Numbered from the stretch's first letter, positions 37,267 through 48,815 are shown. The stretch: DNA of 64,000 bases from Zygnema circumcarinatum SAG 698-1b (GCA_037447605.1 CM074809.1:124001-188000), one strand, 5' to 3'. Notes: generated by a model from the letters alone, not told the origin. Translations and numbers: made by a program.

Positions 37267-40146
37267 GCTCAGCTATGGGTATGGGTATGGGTATGGATGG
37301 CTGGCAGCTGTGGCCGCCAGCTGGACGCCAGCTGTCAGTCTGCCGAGGTTTGTGAACGGCGCACTTTCTGGAGCCGTCACGGGGGTCTTCGCCATCAGTG
37401 AGCGCTCTCATTTTGTCTTTATTCGTTTCTGAAGTGAGAGGAGGACGGAAATACAAAAATTGGCTGAAGCAGAATGTTTCCGTTTTATTCTTTTTAATTT
37501 GAAGTCTGGCCAATCTGCGTTGTTTTAGTTTGTGCATTGCAATTGGAGTTGAGGAATCCCAAAACTCCTCGTGGAAATCGTAGAAAAGAACACTATCTTA
37601 TCTAAATCTCCGCAGCAGTAAAGCCACGCCAAGTACCAGTTCTTTGATTACTTCATGCTCCATGCACCAATACCCCCATCAGTTACGCTTGCCATTTCAT
37701 TGTACAAGCTTATATGTAACTCAAGAACCTCAATAAGATCTTGAAGACCTTGGTCTTGATTTTCATCGTAATTTGATTCCAAAGGAGCGTGCGCTGTTTC
37801 CTCGTTCTTGTAGCTTTTTCGTTCTTTCTTGAACTCTTTTTCCCTTTCTCCTTCTCTTCTCTTTTTTTCTTTTTTTGTTTTTTTTTTTGAATGCAGTGGG
37901 TGCGTGTACCGGAGCGGTTGCGGGTGCTCTCGCCGGAAGAGCGACTCACAGCGGCATCCTTCGCGGGGCGGGCCTTGGAATGGTGGCAGGAGCAGTGGTT
38001 TCAGTCGAAGCTCTCGAAGCCTCTCGCTCGTTTTGGAACAATATTCGGAACACAAATGCTTCAACAGCCCACAGCATTGCTTCCACAGTGGGTCCATTTC
38101 CGTGCTCCTATTCCTAAAACATGCTGAAATGTTTGACACGATCAATCCCTTTTTTTTCTTCTAGAATGTATTTTCAAGTCTCGGTATTCAAGGAGTCACC
38201 TTCCGACTTGCTGATGTTTTGCACTCATTTTCTTGGTCAGGTGGAATACATTGAAGATATCCTTCACGAGCGTTTTTCGCAGGACTTCAATTCTATCGCA
38301 GGCAGGAGATGGCAGGTAGCTGCACCGTTTATTCATAGTTTCTCCCGATCTCATAGTCTCCACTCTTTCCCTCGACATCCTTGCCCTTTCCTTCACTTCC
38401 GTCTCCCTTATCCTGCCCTCCCTTTTCCTCCCCACCAGCGGCTCCATTCGTTCCCCTCCCCCTCTCCTCCCCCTGTTCCCTTTCCTTCTCTTCTTCTCTG
38501 TCCCCTCCTCCCCTCTGCCCTCCCACCGTCAATCCCTGTTCCCCCACCCCCAACGTCCTGCCCTCCCCCTTCCCCTTCCTTTATCCTTCACCCATCTCTC
38601 TTCCTTTTTTTCCGTTTCTCCTTAATTTTCTCCCTCTCTCTCCCTATCCCTCTCTCTCCCTCTACTTCGCCCTCTCCCTCTCCCACTTCGTCTCCCTTTT
38701 ACCTCCCTCACCCCTCCCCCGCTCCCTCTCCATCTACTCTCCCGCTTCCACTCCCGCTCCATCTCCCTCTCCGACTCCCTTTTCATCTCTCTCTTTCCTC
38801 CACTCTGACTTCCTCTTTCTCACCCTCTCCCTCTCTCTCCCTCCCTCTCCCTCTCCCGCTTCCTCTCCCTCTCCCTCTCCCTCTCTCTCTCCCCCTCCCT
38901 CCCACGCCCTTTCTCTCTCTCCCTCTCACTCTCTTCTCGCTCCCTCTCTCTCTCCCCCTCTCTCTCACTCTTTCTCTCCTCCCTGTAGGTTGACATAGAT
39001 GACTTGAGTTATGAGGAGCTGTATGAGATGTTCGGCCCGGGAAGAGCAGCTCCGCTCGGGCTCTCCGCCATCGCTTTAGAGCGCATCCCGCAGCAAATAA
39101 TAACTTCCGGCAAACCATTCTCAGAAGACGCAGAGTCCAAATGTGCAATTTGTTTGGAGGTGAGCACAACACTTTACTCGGAAAAGTTTCTGTAAGAACA
39201 GCGGTTTTCACGTCCTGAAACCCCAAATATTCTCGAAACATGCAAATCGGGTCACCAAAGCCCGGGAAAACCCTAAAATCCCAAAACCCAAAAGCTAAAA
39301 AGCCCTCCATGAAATCAAGGAACCCCCACATATCCTATATTTCCTAATTAATGTCAAGTGATTTGCTTGAATTGAACAGGAAATGGCAGCCGGAGATGCA
39401 GTTCGATCTCTTCCTGTTTGCAGCCACTCCTTCCACATAGCTTGCATTGACAGGTATGCCCATTTAGGCACTTTCTGCTGTTTTTAGAGTTTTGGAGGTC
39501 TTTAGAGCTTCGAGATTTGAGGGTTTCATAAGTTCCTAGGACAATTAAGATTCCAGATGTGAAGGTTGCTTAAAGGGCGAGTGTGCAAAAACAGGTTTTG
39601 GGTTCTTGCATAGATCTTTCTGAACTGCATGGTTTATATATGTCATCTATGTTCAAACTTCATTAGTTTTTCTGGGTTGGGACAAAGCAAGCTTAGTCTA
39701 GTCAGGGGGGTCATTCCGTTTGGTGATTGCCCGGGATTCATGCGCCAAAAGTATTTCACACATTTCCAGATTTGCATCAGGATAGATTATCACTCCCTCT
39801 CCCTCTCCCTCTCCCTCTCCCTCTCGCTCCCACTCCCTCTCCCTCTCTCTCCATCCCTCTCCCTCTCCCTCTCCCTCTCCCTCTCCCNNNNNNNNNNCCT
39901 CTCCCTCTCCCTCTCCCTCTCCCTCTCCCTCTCTCTCCCCCTGCCCCTCTCCCTCTCTCTCTCCCTGCTCCACTCCCTCCCCCTCTCTCTCTCCCTGCTC
40001 CACTCCCTCCCCCTCGCTCTTCCCCCTCCTCTCTCTGCGCCTTGTTTTAATCGGGAATTTCTAAGTTTGTTTGAATGGTTTTCATTGGCAGGTGGCTCCT
40101 CCTGCGCGGCTTGTGCCCCGTATGCCGGCAGGGCGTGTCTCCCTAG
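37028..40146 (+). CDS. RING-H2 E3 ubiquitin ligase, NEP1-interacting-protein (NIP)-like, with an N-terminal RanBP2-type zinc finger
   Basis: Gly-rich TM region GAVTGVFAI|[44 protein letters not shown] (NIP-type). RING-H2: CAICLE|[25 protein letters not shown]|[17 protein letters not shown] (stop 40144-40146). N-terminal [19 protein letters not shown] at 37088-37144. Confidence 0.9.
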
Positions 40147-40995
40147 CGGCACCCCTAGACTTGTGTTCCGAAGGGGGGGGATGGGTAGGGAGGCCGGGAA
40201 GGCAGCGGCTCTGCTCTGTGACGCAGGGCCACGTGTGGATAAAGGGATGGTAATAAGGCGAGAGAAAGAGGGAGGGGGTGGAGACAAGTTGTTGAGGGGG
40301 GGGGGGGGGAGGGGGTGGAACAGCGTGTACAGGATGCACTTCAGACGTTGTTGGAGAGAAGTTTTGGATAGGCAAAAAGGTGCTGTAAGAGTAGCAGGAG
40401 TTAGGGTATTGTGCAGCAACATGTTGCATGTAATCTGCGGTTGTTCAGTCAAGAAAAAAAATGTGCATGTTGAGTTTGTCGAAATTTCATTGCTGAAAGC
40501 TATGCATTTTCCTGCCTTTGAACATTCTGTACATTCTGTTCCCTTCAGCTTTGCCGTAAAACGGAGCTGTTCACACTTGGCAGTGTGCGAGTGAGAGAGA
40601 GAGGGCGAGAGCGAAGAGGGAGAGGGACAGAGAGAGGGGGGGAGTGAGGAGTGGGGAGGAGGGGGCGTAGAGTGGAGGGAGGGAGGCGGAATGGGCAGGC
40701 GGAGGCGGGGGCTGGAGCCGGGAGAGCATGAAGAGTGGAGTTTAGTGAGAGGAGGAGAGAGAGGTGAGAGTTATTCTGTAGAGGAAAAATTACAATCAAA
40801 TGGTGTAATGATATGTGATTTCAATGGGCTCATTATTCTCAACATTATCTCATTTACTTGGAATCTTTTAGCAGTCTTGGCTCTGCTTTCCCCCGTTCTG
40901 GAAACTTGTTCTCACTCCCTCTCCCTCTTCCAACCCTCCCCTCTCTCCTTCTCCGTCCATCACTACCTCTCCTTCTCTCCATCCTCGGGCCCTGG

Positions 40996-43648
40996 TCACG
41001 GCCAAGCATGCACAAAGAATCCGGCCTTGCGAAGGTCGACGAACACCTGCGTGGCTTCCTCCAAAGTGTGCCCCTCAAATCTGTCCCAGTGATGACTTGT
41101 CATCGCCGGATGCTTGTAGTGAATTTCCACAAATAGCTCGTCGACGATGTCAGCCATGTATGCATCCGCAAGCCAATCTGCAGGATCAGGTTTTCCACCC
41201 AACAATTAAACCAATAACTTAACTTTGTAAACGTCAGTTTGGAAGTGAGGAGACCATGTTCCTATTGTTACAGTGTGCACAAAAATCCAGAAATTCTGAT
41301 CAAGTAACCTAATTTGATCTCCAAACGTGTTCCTTTCTGCTTCTCCACCCTTCAAACCCGCACGTCCTCACCTCTCAAAATATCGTATTCCGCGCCTTCT
41401 ATGTCCATCTTCACAACCAGCGTATCGCCCGCCGTCAGCTCCAACTGCTCCTTGATGAAGCGGGTGATGTTCCACGACTCCTGCCATGCAAAAATGGTTG
41501 GTCTGATTATACTTCACTGCAAAGATTTCAGTGCAGAGAAAACACTTTACAAGGATATCAAGAGAATTACCGTTTTTTTTCCGCGATACTCTACTTCTCC
41601 GTCACGATTCGACACGAACACATTGTACACCTTCACTCTATTGAGGATGTTATTTGTGACAGGGACCGGCTGTCCCGCTGGCCGCTTGAGATCCGATTTA
41701 GGGTCTTCAGAGAGCACTTCCTGCCATTCTCAACACAGGAAACCGGGCGACGAGGGTTTTTGAACGATGAGTATGTACGAAGGAGAGTGAGAGGGAAGGG
41801 AGTGGGGAGGAGATGTAGTTGGTGAAACGAGGAGGACGGAGAGAAAGTAGGGAAAACTAGGGGGAGGGAGAGGTTGTCGGAGAGGGAGGGAAACGAGGAA
41901 AGAGAGAGAAGAACGGAAGTAGGGAAGGAAAGTGAGCAGGAGGGCAGGGAGGGGGGGAGAGAGGACGGGAACAATTCACTCCACATAGAAAGGTCCATGT
42001 CATTGATATGCTACTGCAAGGGGTGCCAAAAAACACACTTCCAATTGAGTCAATAAAGTCAAAGTGAGTCAATCCGAGTACAGCAGGTGAAGGGAGTGCA
42101 GCTCACCTCCACGGGATCATGCTTTGGAGGAATTTCGAACAATGAACTATCAGCTTCAAAAACATAATACTCTGTGAAGTCGAGCGGGTAAATGCGCATA
42201 AACCAAACCAAGCTCGAATCAAAAACGCGTCCGCCTAAATCCAAATAGACCCTCCTTTTCCTGCTCGGGCACGGGGCAAACCCAACACAGAGAGTCGAAA
42301 AACATCCTCAGAAGCATTCGCAATAACTTCCTTCTTGCCTTTTCAAAGTTCAAACAACCATATGCCGTCCACCTTAAACCTGAAACAGTTCAATTTTTCC
42401 TTTTGTCGAAGCTTGTTCTTATCTTAGCAAGCAGCTTACCTGGTATGCATATTTCTGTCCTGTGCCGCGCGAAAATACGACAAAAAATGGGTCCTTCCTT
42501 CCGGCGAGCGGTCGAAGCCGTACGCGTAGGTACGGCGGAAGTGGCAGTAGGGGTCCAACTCTTCGATCGCGAACCCCTGCACGGGACACCTGGCAGGCCG
42601 CGCTACAAGCTGCCACGTGGCATAGAACACCCGTTAAACGGAGGACTACGCTTCACATGAAACGCGCTCAAAGCCGCATAGATCCAAATCACAACGATAG
42701 AACTGGGATGGTCTCGTTTTTGCTTTTTCATATATAAAGCTCAAAAGGGTTTTCTTGAGACCAAAGCAATGGTGGAGAAGTATAACTAAAAGGTTTGGGA
42801 GTTGACTTTGTCTTGCAGGCATAAACCCTCTGTGCAGAAATGTGCGGGAAGGAGGGAATCACTGCCTTTATGCAGAAAACAAGAGCTTATTTGGATCATC
42901 GTCATTATCAATCTATTCATTGTCTGTGCATTGTTGGCCGCACTGATCCAAACTTTCGTGCTCTTATGAAACAAGAGCGAAGGGAATGCATGAAGAAGAA
43001 GAGCATTTCTCGTTCCACCTTTTCTTAATGTTTATTTTATTTAACTGTTGTCTGTTTGTTTTGCATTAAGAGGCGTATAAAGCACACCTTTACGCCTGCA
43101 TCCCACGAGTCCTCATCGCTGATTTCGGGTCGCAGCCAATCGTTGCATGGAAGCTCTGCGCGCAGATTTGCTGTCATTGGAACACAGAAATTGGATCATC
43201 AGAAGCACACAGAAGAACGATTCGGACTAAAGAAAGTAAGAGGAAGGGAGAGGGAGAGAGAGGGAGTAAAAAGGGGGAGGAAGGGGGCGAGAGCAGGAGA
43301 GAGAGCACTGAAAGGGAAAGAGAGACAGAGAGAGGAAGGGGAGAGGAAGTGGGAGAGTGAGGAGAGCAGAGAGGGAGCGAGGGAAAGTGGAGAGAGAGGG
43401 AGGTAACCAAGAGTAACAGGTGGACCCAAAATGCAATGCAGGGCAATGCTGGCTGCCTTCGATCAATCAATTACTCGGTTGATCTGATTGGCAGTTAGAT
43501 CAATGCAGATCCACCTTTTACCCGTCAGCAATGGCGGTTCGACCAGCGGAGAGGTTTGGTCGCCGGCGCGCTGCACGAGGGCCACCACGAAGAGGGCCAG
43601 CCCCAAGCCAGCGACGAAGGCCAAAAGGCTTGTCGTCCCAGCCGCCAT
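40996..43648 (-). CDS. FkbM-like signal-anchored methyltransferase; paralog 3 (inverted copy closely related to paralog 2)
   Basis: MAAGTTSLLAFVAGLGLALFVVALV..., same exon series as paralog 2 including YLDLGGRVFDSS, KMDIEGAEYDILR and DELFVEIHY...FFVHAWP* (stop 40996-40998). Most introns also align with paralog 2. Confidence 0.88.
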
Positions 43649-44252
43649 TCTCACTCCCGCTCTCGCCCCTCTCGCTCTCTTTCTGCCTCCTCTTCCACCC
43701 CCACTCGCGCTGTCCCTGCCACTCCCACTCCACTCCGAATCCTGCGGTCACTCCCACTCCCACTCCCTCGCCCCTTCTTCTCGTCCTCCTCCCTTCTTAA
43801 TTTTGGCCTCTCCCTCTCCCCCTCCCTCTCCCTCTCCCTCTCCTTTTCCCTCTCCCTCTCCCTCTCCCCCTCCCTCTCCCTCTCCCTCTCCCTTTCCCTC
43901 TCCCTCTCCCTCTCTCTCTCCCTCTCCCTCCCTTCCGCCGATCACACTCTCACTTCCTGACCCGTACGAGCAGTCAGACGACGACTCGTGCGGGCTGATC
44001 TGCCCCGCGGCAGTGAGCGCTGCACTCACACTCTCTCTCAGTGCCGACAGCCGCGGCTCCACCGCCAACTTAGACCTAATTTTGAGATACAGTATTGAGA
44101 AATTGAGATTTTATAACCTGACGACCGTACACGATGTTCAGCTTCGTCGGTAGTACGGATATTCTAAAAGTGTTCTAGAACTCTGAAACTTAGAGTATTA
44201 GAACGTAGTATTAGAACGTTAAAATACTGATATACTAATACTTATGCGCCGA

Positions 44253-44375
44253 GGCGTAGTTTTCCGCTCCTCGCTTTGTTCTTTGGTGCTCAGGTTCTTA
44301 GTGACCAGTTCCTCGTGGTTCCCCATAATGCTGATTTTGTCCATTTGGTGGCATCGTGAGATCAATGCCACGTCC
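44253..44375. repeat. Unidentified dispersed repeat, copy 1 of 4
   Basis: Blocks GGCGTAGTTTTCCGCTCCT, GACCAGTTCCTCGTGGTTCC and ATCGTGAGATCAATG. Confidence 0.8.
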
Positions 44376-44420
44376 GTTTGTTTTCTAAATAATAATACTG
44401 AAATAGGGTAGGGTAGGGTA

Positions 44421-45130
44421 GTGCTAAATTCACACCTTCTTTGTGTAGACTCAGACCTTGTTTCACCTGGCAGATTTCAAAATAGACAAAAAAGGATTTA
44501 AAAAACGGAAAATGTTTTTTTCACACCCTTTGGTAATCGATACACAGCTTTTTCCGTAAGGCAGATTTTATTTTACGAAAAAAATCCCAAAAAGAAAAAT
44601 CCCGAGATCTCCGCAAAATTAAGAGCTGGACCGGCCAGCCAGTGGCGGCTCGCCATTGGCAACTGGTAGCCAATCACCGTCAGCCACGTGTTATTCTGTA
44701 TGACTTGGCAAATTGAGATTGGCCCAGGCTCGTAATGTACGGTATTTCGCCTTCCCTCGAAGCTGAGACCATACGACTTTTGTACGAATAGTCGATCCGC
44801 CTTGGGTGGGACACGTGGGCGCGTGCCATTCGCTGGGACCAAGCCCGGCTGCAGATCGGTGATCTGTTGTGGTGCGATCTGCGAGAGAATCTACGGCTGA
44901 GATTCACTGCAAGTGTGAAGGACGGCCACCCGCGAACGATCTCGTTGCGTACGGATCTTCCGCTCAGAGCGGATTGTAAAATAAAATCTGCTCGACGGAA
45001 AAAGGTGTGTATCGATTCCAGAAAGGGGTGAAAAGGACATTTTTCATTTTTAAGCCTTTTTTTGTTTCTTTTAAAATCTGCCCGCCGAAAAAAGGTCGGT
45101 GACTAGACAAAAAAGGTGTGAATTTAGCAC
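44421..45130. mobile_element. Non-autonomous MITE/foldback element A (710 bp), about 156-bp imperfect TIRs, TA flanks
   Basis: Left end GTGCTAAATTCACACCTT (44421) and right end AAGGTGTGAATTTAGCAC (45130). Complementarity extends over 44421-44576 vs 44976-45130. TA at 44419-44420 and 45131-45132. No transposase ORF. Confidence 0.85.
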
Positions 45131-45164
45131 TACACTTATTTTATTTAGCATATTTTTATGGTTA

Positions 45165-46100
45165 GTGATATTTCCACCCCTTTTTTGGATCCAAACACCC
45201 CTTCCCGGCCGGTCAGATTTCAAAAGGGATTAAAAACAGAAAATGCTTTTGTCACACCTTTTTGGAATCGATACCCACCTTCTTCCGTCGGCTGATTTTA
45301 TTTTTGCTAACCAAGGAAAATGATACCCCGTCATCGCATTTTGAATACTGTATCCCGCCTCCCTGATTTTTTTTTTTGCGGGAAAGAAATATCTGCCTGC
45401 CCGAATCCGCTCGAAGCGGAAGATCCGTCCGCCACGAGATCGTTCGCGGGTGTCCGTCCTTCACACGTGTGTGTCAATCGCAGCTGTCGATTCCCTCGCA
45501 GATCGCACCACTGCAGATCACCGTTCGATCTGCAGCCAGGCTCTATCTCAGCGAATGGAAAGCGCCCACGAGTCCCGTCAAAGCCGGATCGCTCGTGCGA
45601 GTGCGCGCGTCCCTCGGCCCGAGATCTCGTCATTGTTAGCTTCCAGCCAATCAACGTCTGCCACGTGCTACAATTTTGACGTGGAAAATTTTGATTGGTT
45701 TAAGATCTCAATGTACGAAATTTTGGGTTCCTCAAGTTGGGACCGTACGACATGCGTACGGACAAACTTTTGAGACGACTTTGGCGGGATACGTGGGCAC
45801 GTGCCATGCGCTGTGACCGAGCCCGGCTGCAAATCAAATAGTGATCTGCCGTGTTGCGATCGGCGACTGAATCGACGGCTGCGATTGACCGCACGTGTGA
45901 AAAAAAATTCAGGTAGGCGGGATATTCAAATGGGGTGACGGGTTATCATTTTCCTTGTTTCGCAAAAATAAATCTGCCGATGGAGGGTGGTATCGATTCC
46001 AAAAAGGTGTGAAGAAAGCATTTTCCGTTTTTTTATCCTTTTTGAAATCTGCCCGGCCGGGAAGGGGTGTTTGGATCCAAAAAAGGGGTGGAAATATCAC
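45165..46100. mobile_element. Non-autonomous MITE/foldback element B (936 bp), about 195-bp TIRs plus internal inverted arms, TA flanks; same family as A
   Basis: Left end GTGATATTTCCACCCC (45165) and right end GGGGTGGAAATATCAC (46100). TA at 45163-45164 and 46101-46102. Inner arms about 45470-45585 and 45780-45897 are reverse complements. Subterminal and core blocks are shared with element A. Confidence 0.87.
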
Positions 46101-46320
46101 TACCCATTTTTATTCGTTCAAAATACCTTGTTCAAAATCGATTTTTTTGTAAACCAAAATTCTATCTTGGCATGTGCGGCCATCCCTAGTGGTGACCCCG
46201 TGCCTCCCTCGCCGTACCCCGTGACGTGACTAAATTGAACAATGTAAAGTAGGGCCCTACAACAAAACAAACCTTTGTTTGACCCCCGGGCCAATTTCAG
46301 CTCGGGATTCCCCACCCCTT

Positions 46321-46410
46321 GCGACCAGTTCCTCGTGGTTCCCCATGATGCTGATGTTGGCCATGTCCATTTGATGGCCTCATCGCCATCGTGAAATCAA
46401 TGCCCCATCC
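46321..46410. repeat. Unidentified dispersed repeat, copy 2 of 4 (lacks the first block)
   Basis: GCGACCAGTTCCTCGTGGTTCCCCATGATGCTGA...ATCGTGAAATCAATGCC. Confidence 0.8.
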
Positions 46411-46701
46411 TTTCCCCACCCCACATTGCAGGGTTTCCCTCGGTGTGTTTGTGGTGATTCGATCAATGTGCAGCGCAGGGCGGCCATCTTCTTTGATACG
46501 CGCACGGCGGTGAATGCAGTTTGGCTCATAGTGTTGTGCGCGACGCTATTGCTGTGGTGGCGCAAGAGGCCGCTTCCTTGTGCGCCGCGAGGTGTGCCAC
46601 ATTGTGCCCCCTCGACTTACTGTTCGTGGCGAGCGCGAAGTTTGCCCTGATTTGGCCCTCCCTCATTGTAACAAGAGGCCCCTCCCTGCCTCTCGCCCTA
46701 G

Positions 46702-46732
<31 letters not shown>

Positions 46733-47150
46733 GTGCTGGTTTCCAGAGAGCTCCAGGAGCTCGCCCGTGGCCCTCCGCTCCCCCCGTCGAATTAATGTAC
46801 CAGCGTAAGGGACCGGGAGCAGGGCCAGCCACTGGCGAGGCGCCACGTGGCATAGGATCTACTCTGACGCGCGCGTCAGTGGTTGTCGCACGTCCGCTAG
46901 GTCTGACGGACGCCGTACAAGTGACGGCGCCGTGTAGACCGTAAGGTTGGCCGTACGGTAGACCGTACAGTAAGCGCCCCTAATATTTTCCACCCTAGGT
47001 TGCGTTACCCAAGAAATTCGCCCTGATTTTGAGGAAACCACTTTTAGTACGGAAGTCTGTGTTAATGTATTAGGGGTGTTAACCTAACCTGACCTATTTT
47101 TCAATACAAAATCTGTTAATCGAAACGGATTTGAAACATGGTTGTGCCTA

Positions 47151-47274
47151 GGCGTAGTTTTCCGCTCCTAGCTTCGTTTTATTGTGTTTCGGTCCTTTGT
47201 GACCAGTTCTTCGTGGTTCCACATTTTGCCTTTGTCCATGTACATTTGATGGCCTCGCCATCGCGAGTTCAATG
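47151..47274. repeat. Unidentified dispersed repeat, copy 3 of 4
   Basis: GGCGTAGTTTTCCGCTCCT...GACCAGTTCTTCGTGGTTCC...ATCGCGAGTTCAATG. Confidence 0.8.
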
Positions 47275-48056
47275 AAAGTTTGATACGCTCATTTGAAACA
47301 TGAGGTAAATACGGATAAAATCTCTAAATCTCTAATCTAATCTCTAAATGCACACACCGAGAAGTAAACGAAGGAGAAAGCACCCCCGGCCTCAAAACTC
47401 CTTAATAAAATATACAAGTAACAAGCAGTGAATTCAATCCCTCATGCTTCTACTCTCTGCTCTGACTAACTCCCAATTTCCTGCTGCCCATTCAGTCGGG
47501 CAACTGCTCTTAGCAACATGAGCTAAGCTGCAGCTGAATTGAGTTAATTAAATCCTAAACAATTCCTACTTAAATACAAAGAGCCGCCATGGACAGCGAG
47601 AGTGTCCGTACCAGGAGCGCCCTCCCTCGTCTGACACTTCCGCGTCCCTTCGCGCCTCCAATAAGCGGTACTAAACTCGCAGCCGCGAGGCCTATCGCCG
47701 CGCGCCACGTGTTTAAACTTCACTTATCAATTCTAAGCGGACAATCCAGTGGTGGTGCGGCCTATCGCCGCTCTCCACGTGCCCTAATCAGACCACCTAT
47801 GTTCCCACTGAGAACGCCCTAGCGCCCTGTTCAGACTGTGACCAAATATCCTAAGGACCGAAGACAACGGCTAAGGACCGTACAGTGTACTACGCTAGCC
47901 TATACCCCTATTGTACACTACACCTCCCTCCCTCCCTCCCTCCCTCCCTCCCTCCCTCCCTCCCTCCCTCCCTCCGCGCGATGTGATGTGCCGCACATCG
48001 ATCGGTGACCTTCGCGGCTGTCTTCAAGGGAGGGCTTCAAGCGTTGGTTGAGCGGA

Positions 48057-48198
48057 GGCGTAGCTTTGCGCTCCTAGCTTTTCTCTTTTGTGCTGCGGGT
48101 CATTTGCGCGCCCAGTTAGCTCCTCGTGGTTCCCAAGCTGATGATTGTCCATATCTATTGGATGGCATCATCGCCATCGTGAGATCAATGTCACATCC
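48057..48198. repeat. Unidentified dispersed repeat, copy 4 of 4
   Basis: GGCGTAGCTTTGCGCTCCT...CCAGTTAGCTCCTCGTGGTTCC...ATCGTGAGATCAATG. Confidence 0.75.
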
Positions 48199-48815
48199 TC
48201 TTTGTTAAAGGTACGAATGAATGTACCAAATGTACGGACTGTAGCCAGGAATCCATCATCACTGCCACGTGTCGAGAATCGATTCCAAGTCAACGTGCCA
48301 AAACTTTGTCGTTGTGAACTTTTTATTTGTGACGTGGCCTTTCCCTATTGGTTCAGCCTTGGCAACTTTTATACATATTTACAGATCCTTGCGCAGTTCG
48401 CCGCGTCGCTCCGTAACTGTAACTGGGGAGGAGCCGAACAGTGCAGCTGTAACGTCATAGAAACCGTTATCTGCCAGGTGGCATATAAGTTCCATTGTAC
48501 GAACATGTGTCGGTTTGTCGTATTAGAGCGTACGGACACTGAGCTTCAAGCTTACACTCTCTGGTGACGTCACGTGGTGTCGTCCCACAAGGGAGGGATG
48601 GACGGAAAGAGGGAAGGGAGAGGGAGAGAGAGACAGAGAGAGAGAGCAAGAGGATTCTAATTGAAAGTAAGGGAGAGAATTTGGGGAAGTCAGAGAGAGA
48701 GGGAGGGCGTAAGAGACATTATCATAGGGTCGAGAGAGAGAGAGAGGGAGCGAGGGAGATAGACTGAGGGACAGAGAGTGGGAGAGAGAGGACACATATC
48801 ACAACCCTTCAAACC

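Noticed and set aside
44253-48198. U3 snoRNA identity for the four-copy motif (minus strand has AACCACGAGGAA and GAGCGGAA, reminiscent of vertebrate U3 boxes C' and B)
   Set aside because: No downstream box C/D, no box A and no plant-U3-like 5' domain. The match is only two short words.
44253-48198. CRISPR-like array
   Set aside because: Eukaryotic context; repeats are over 100 bp, diverged and about 0.8-2 kb apart; no cas genes.
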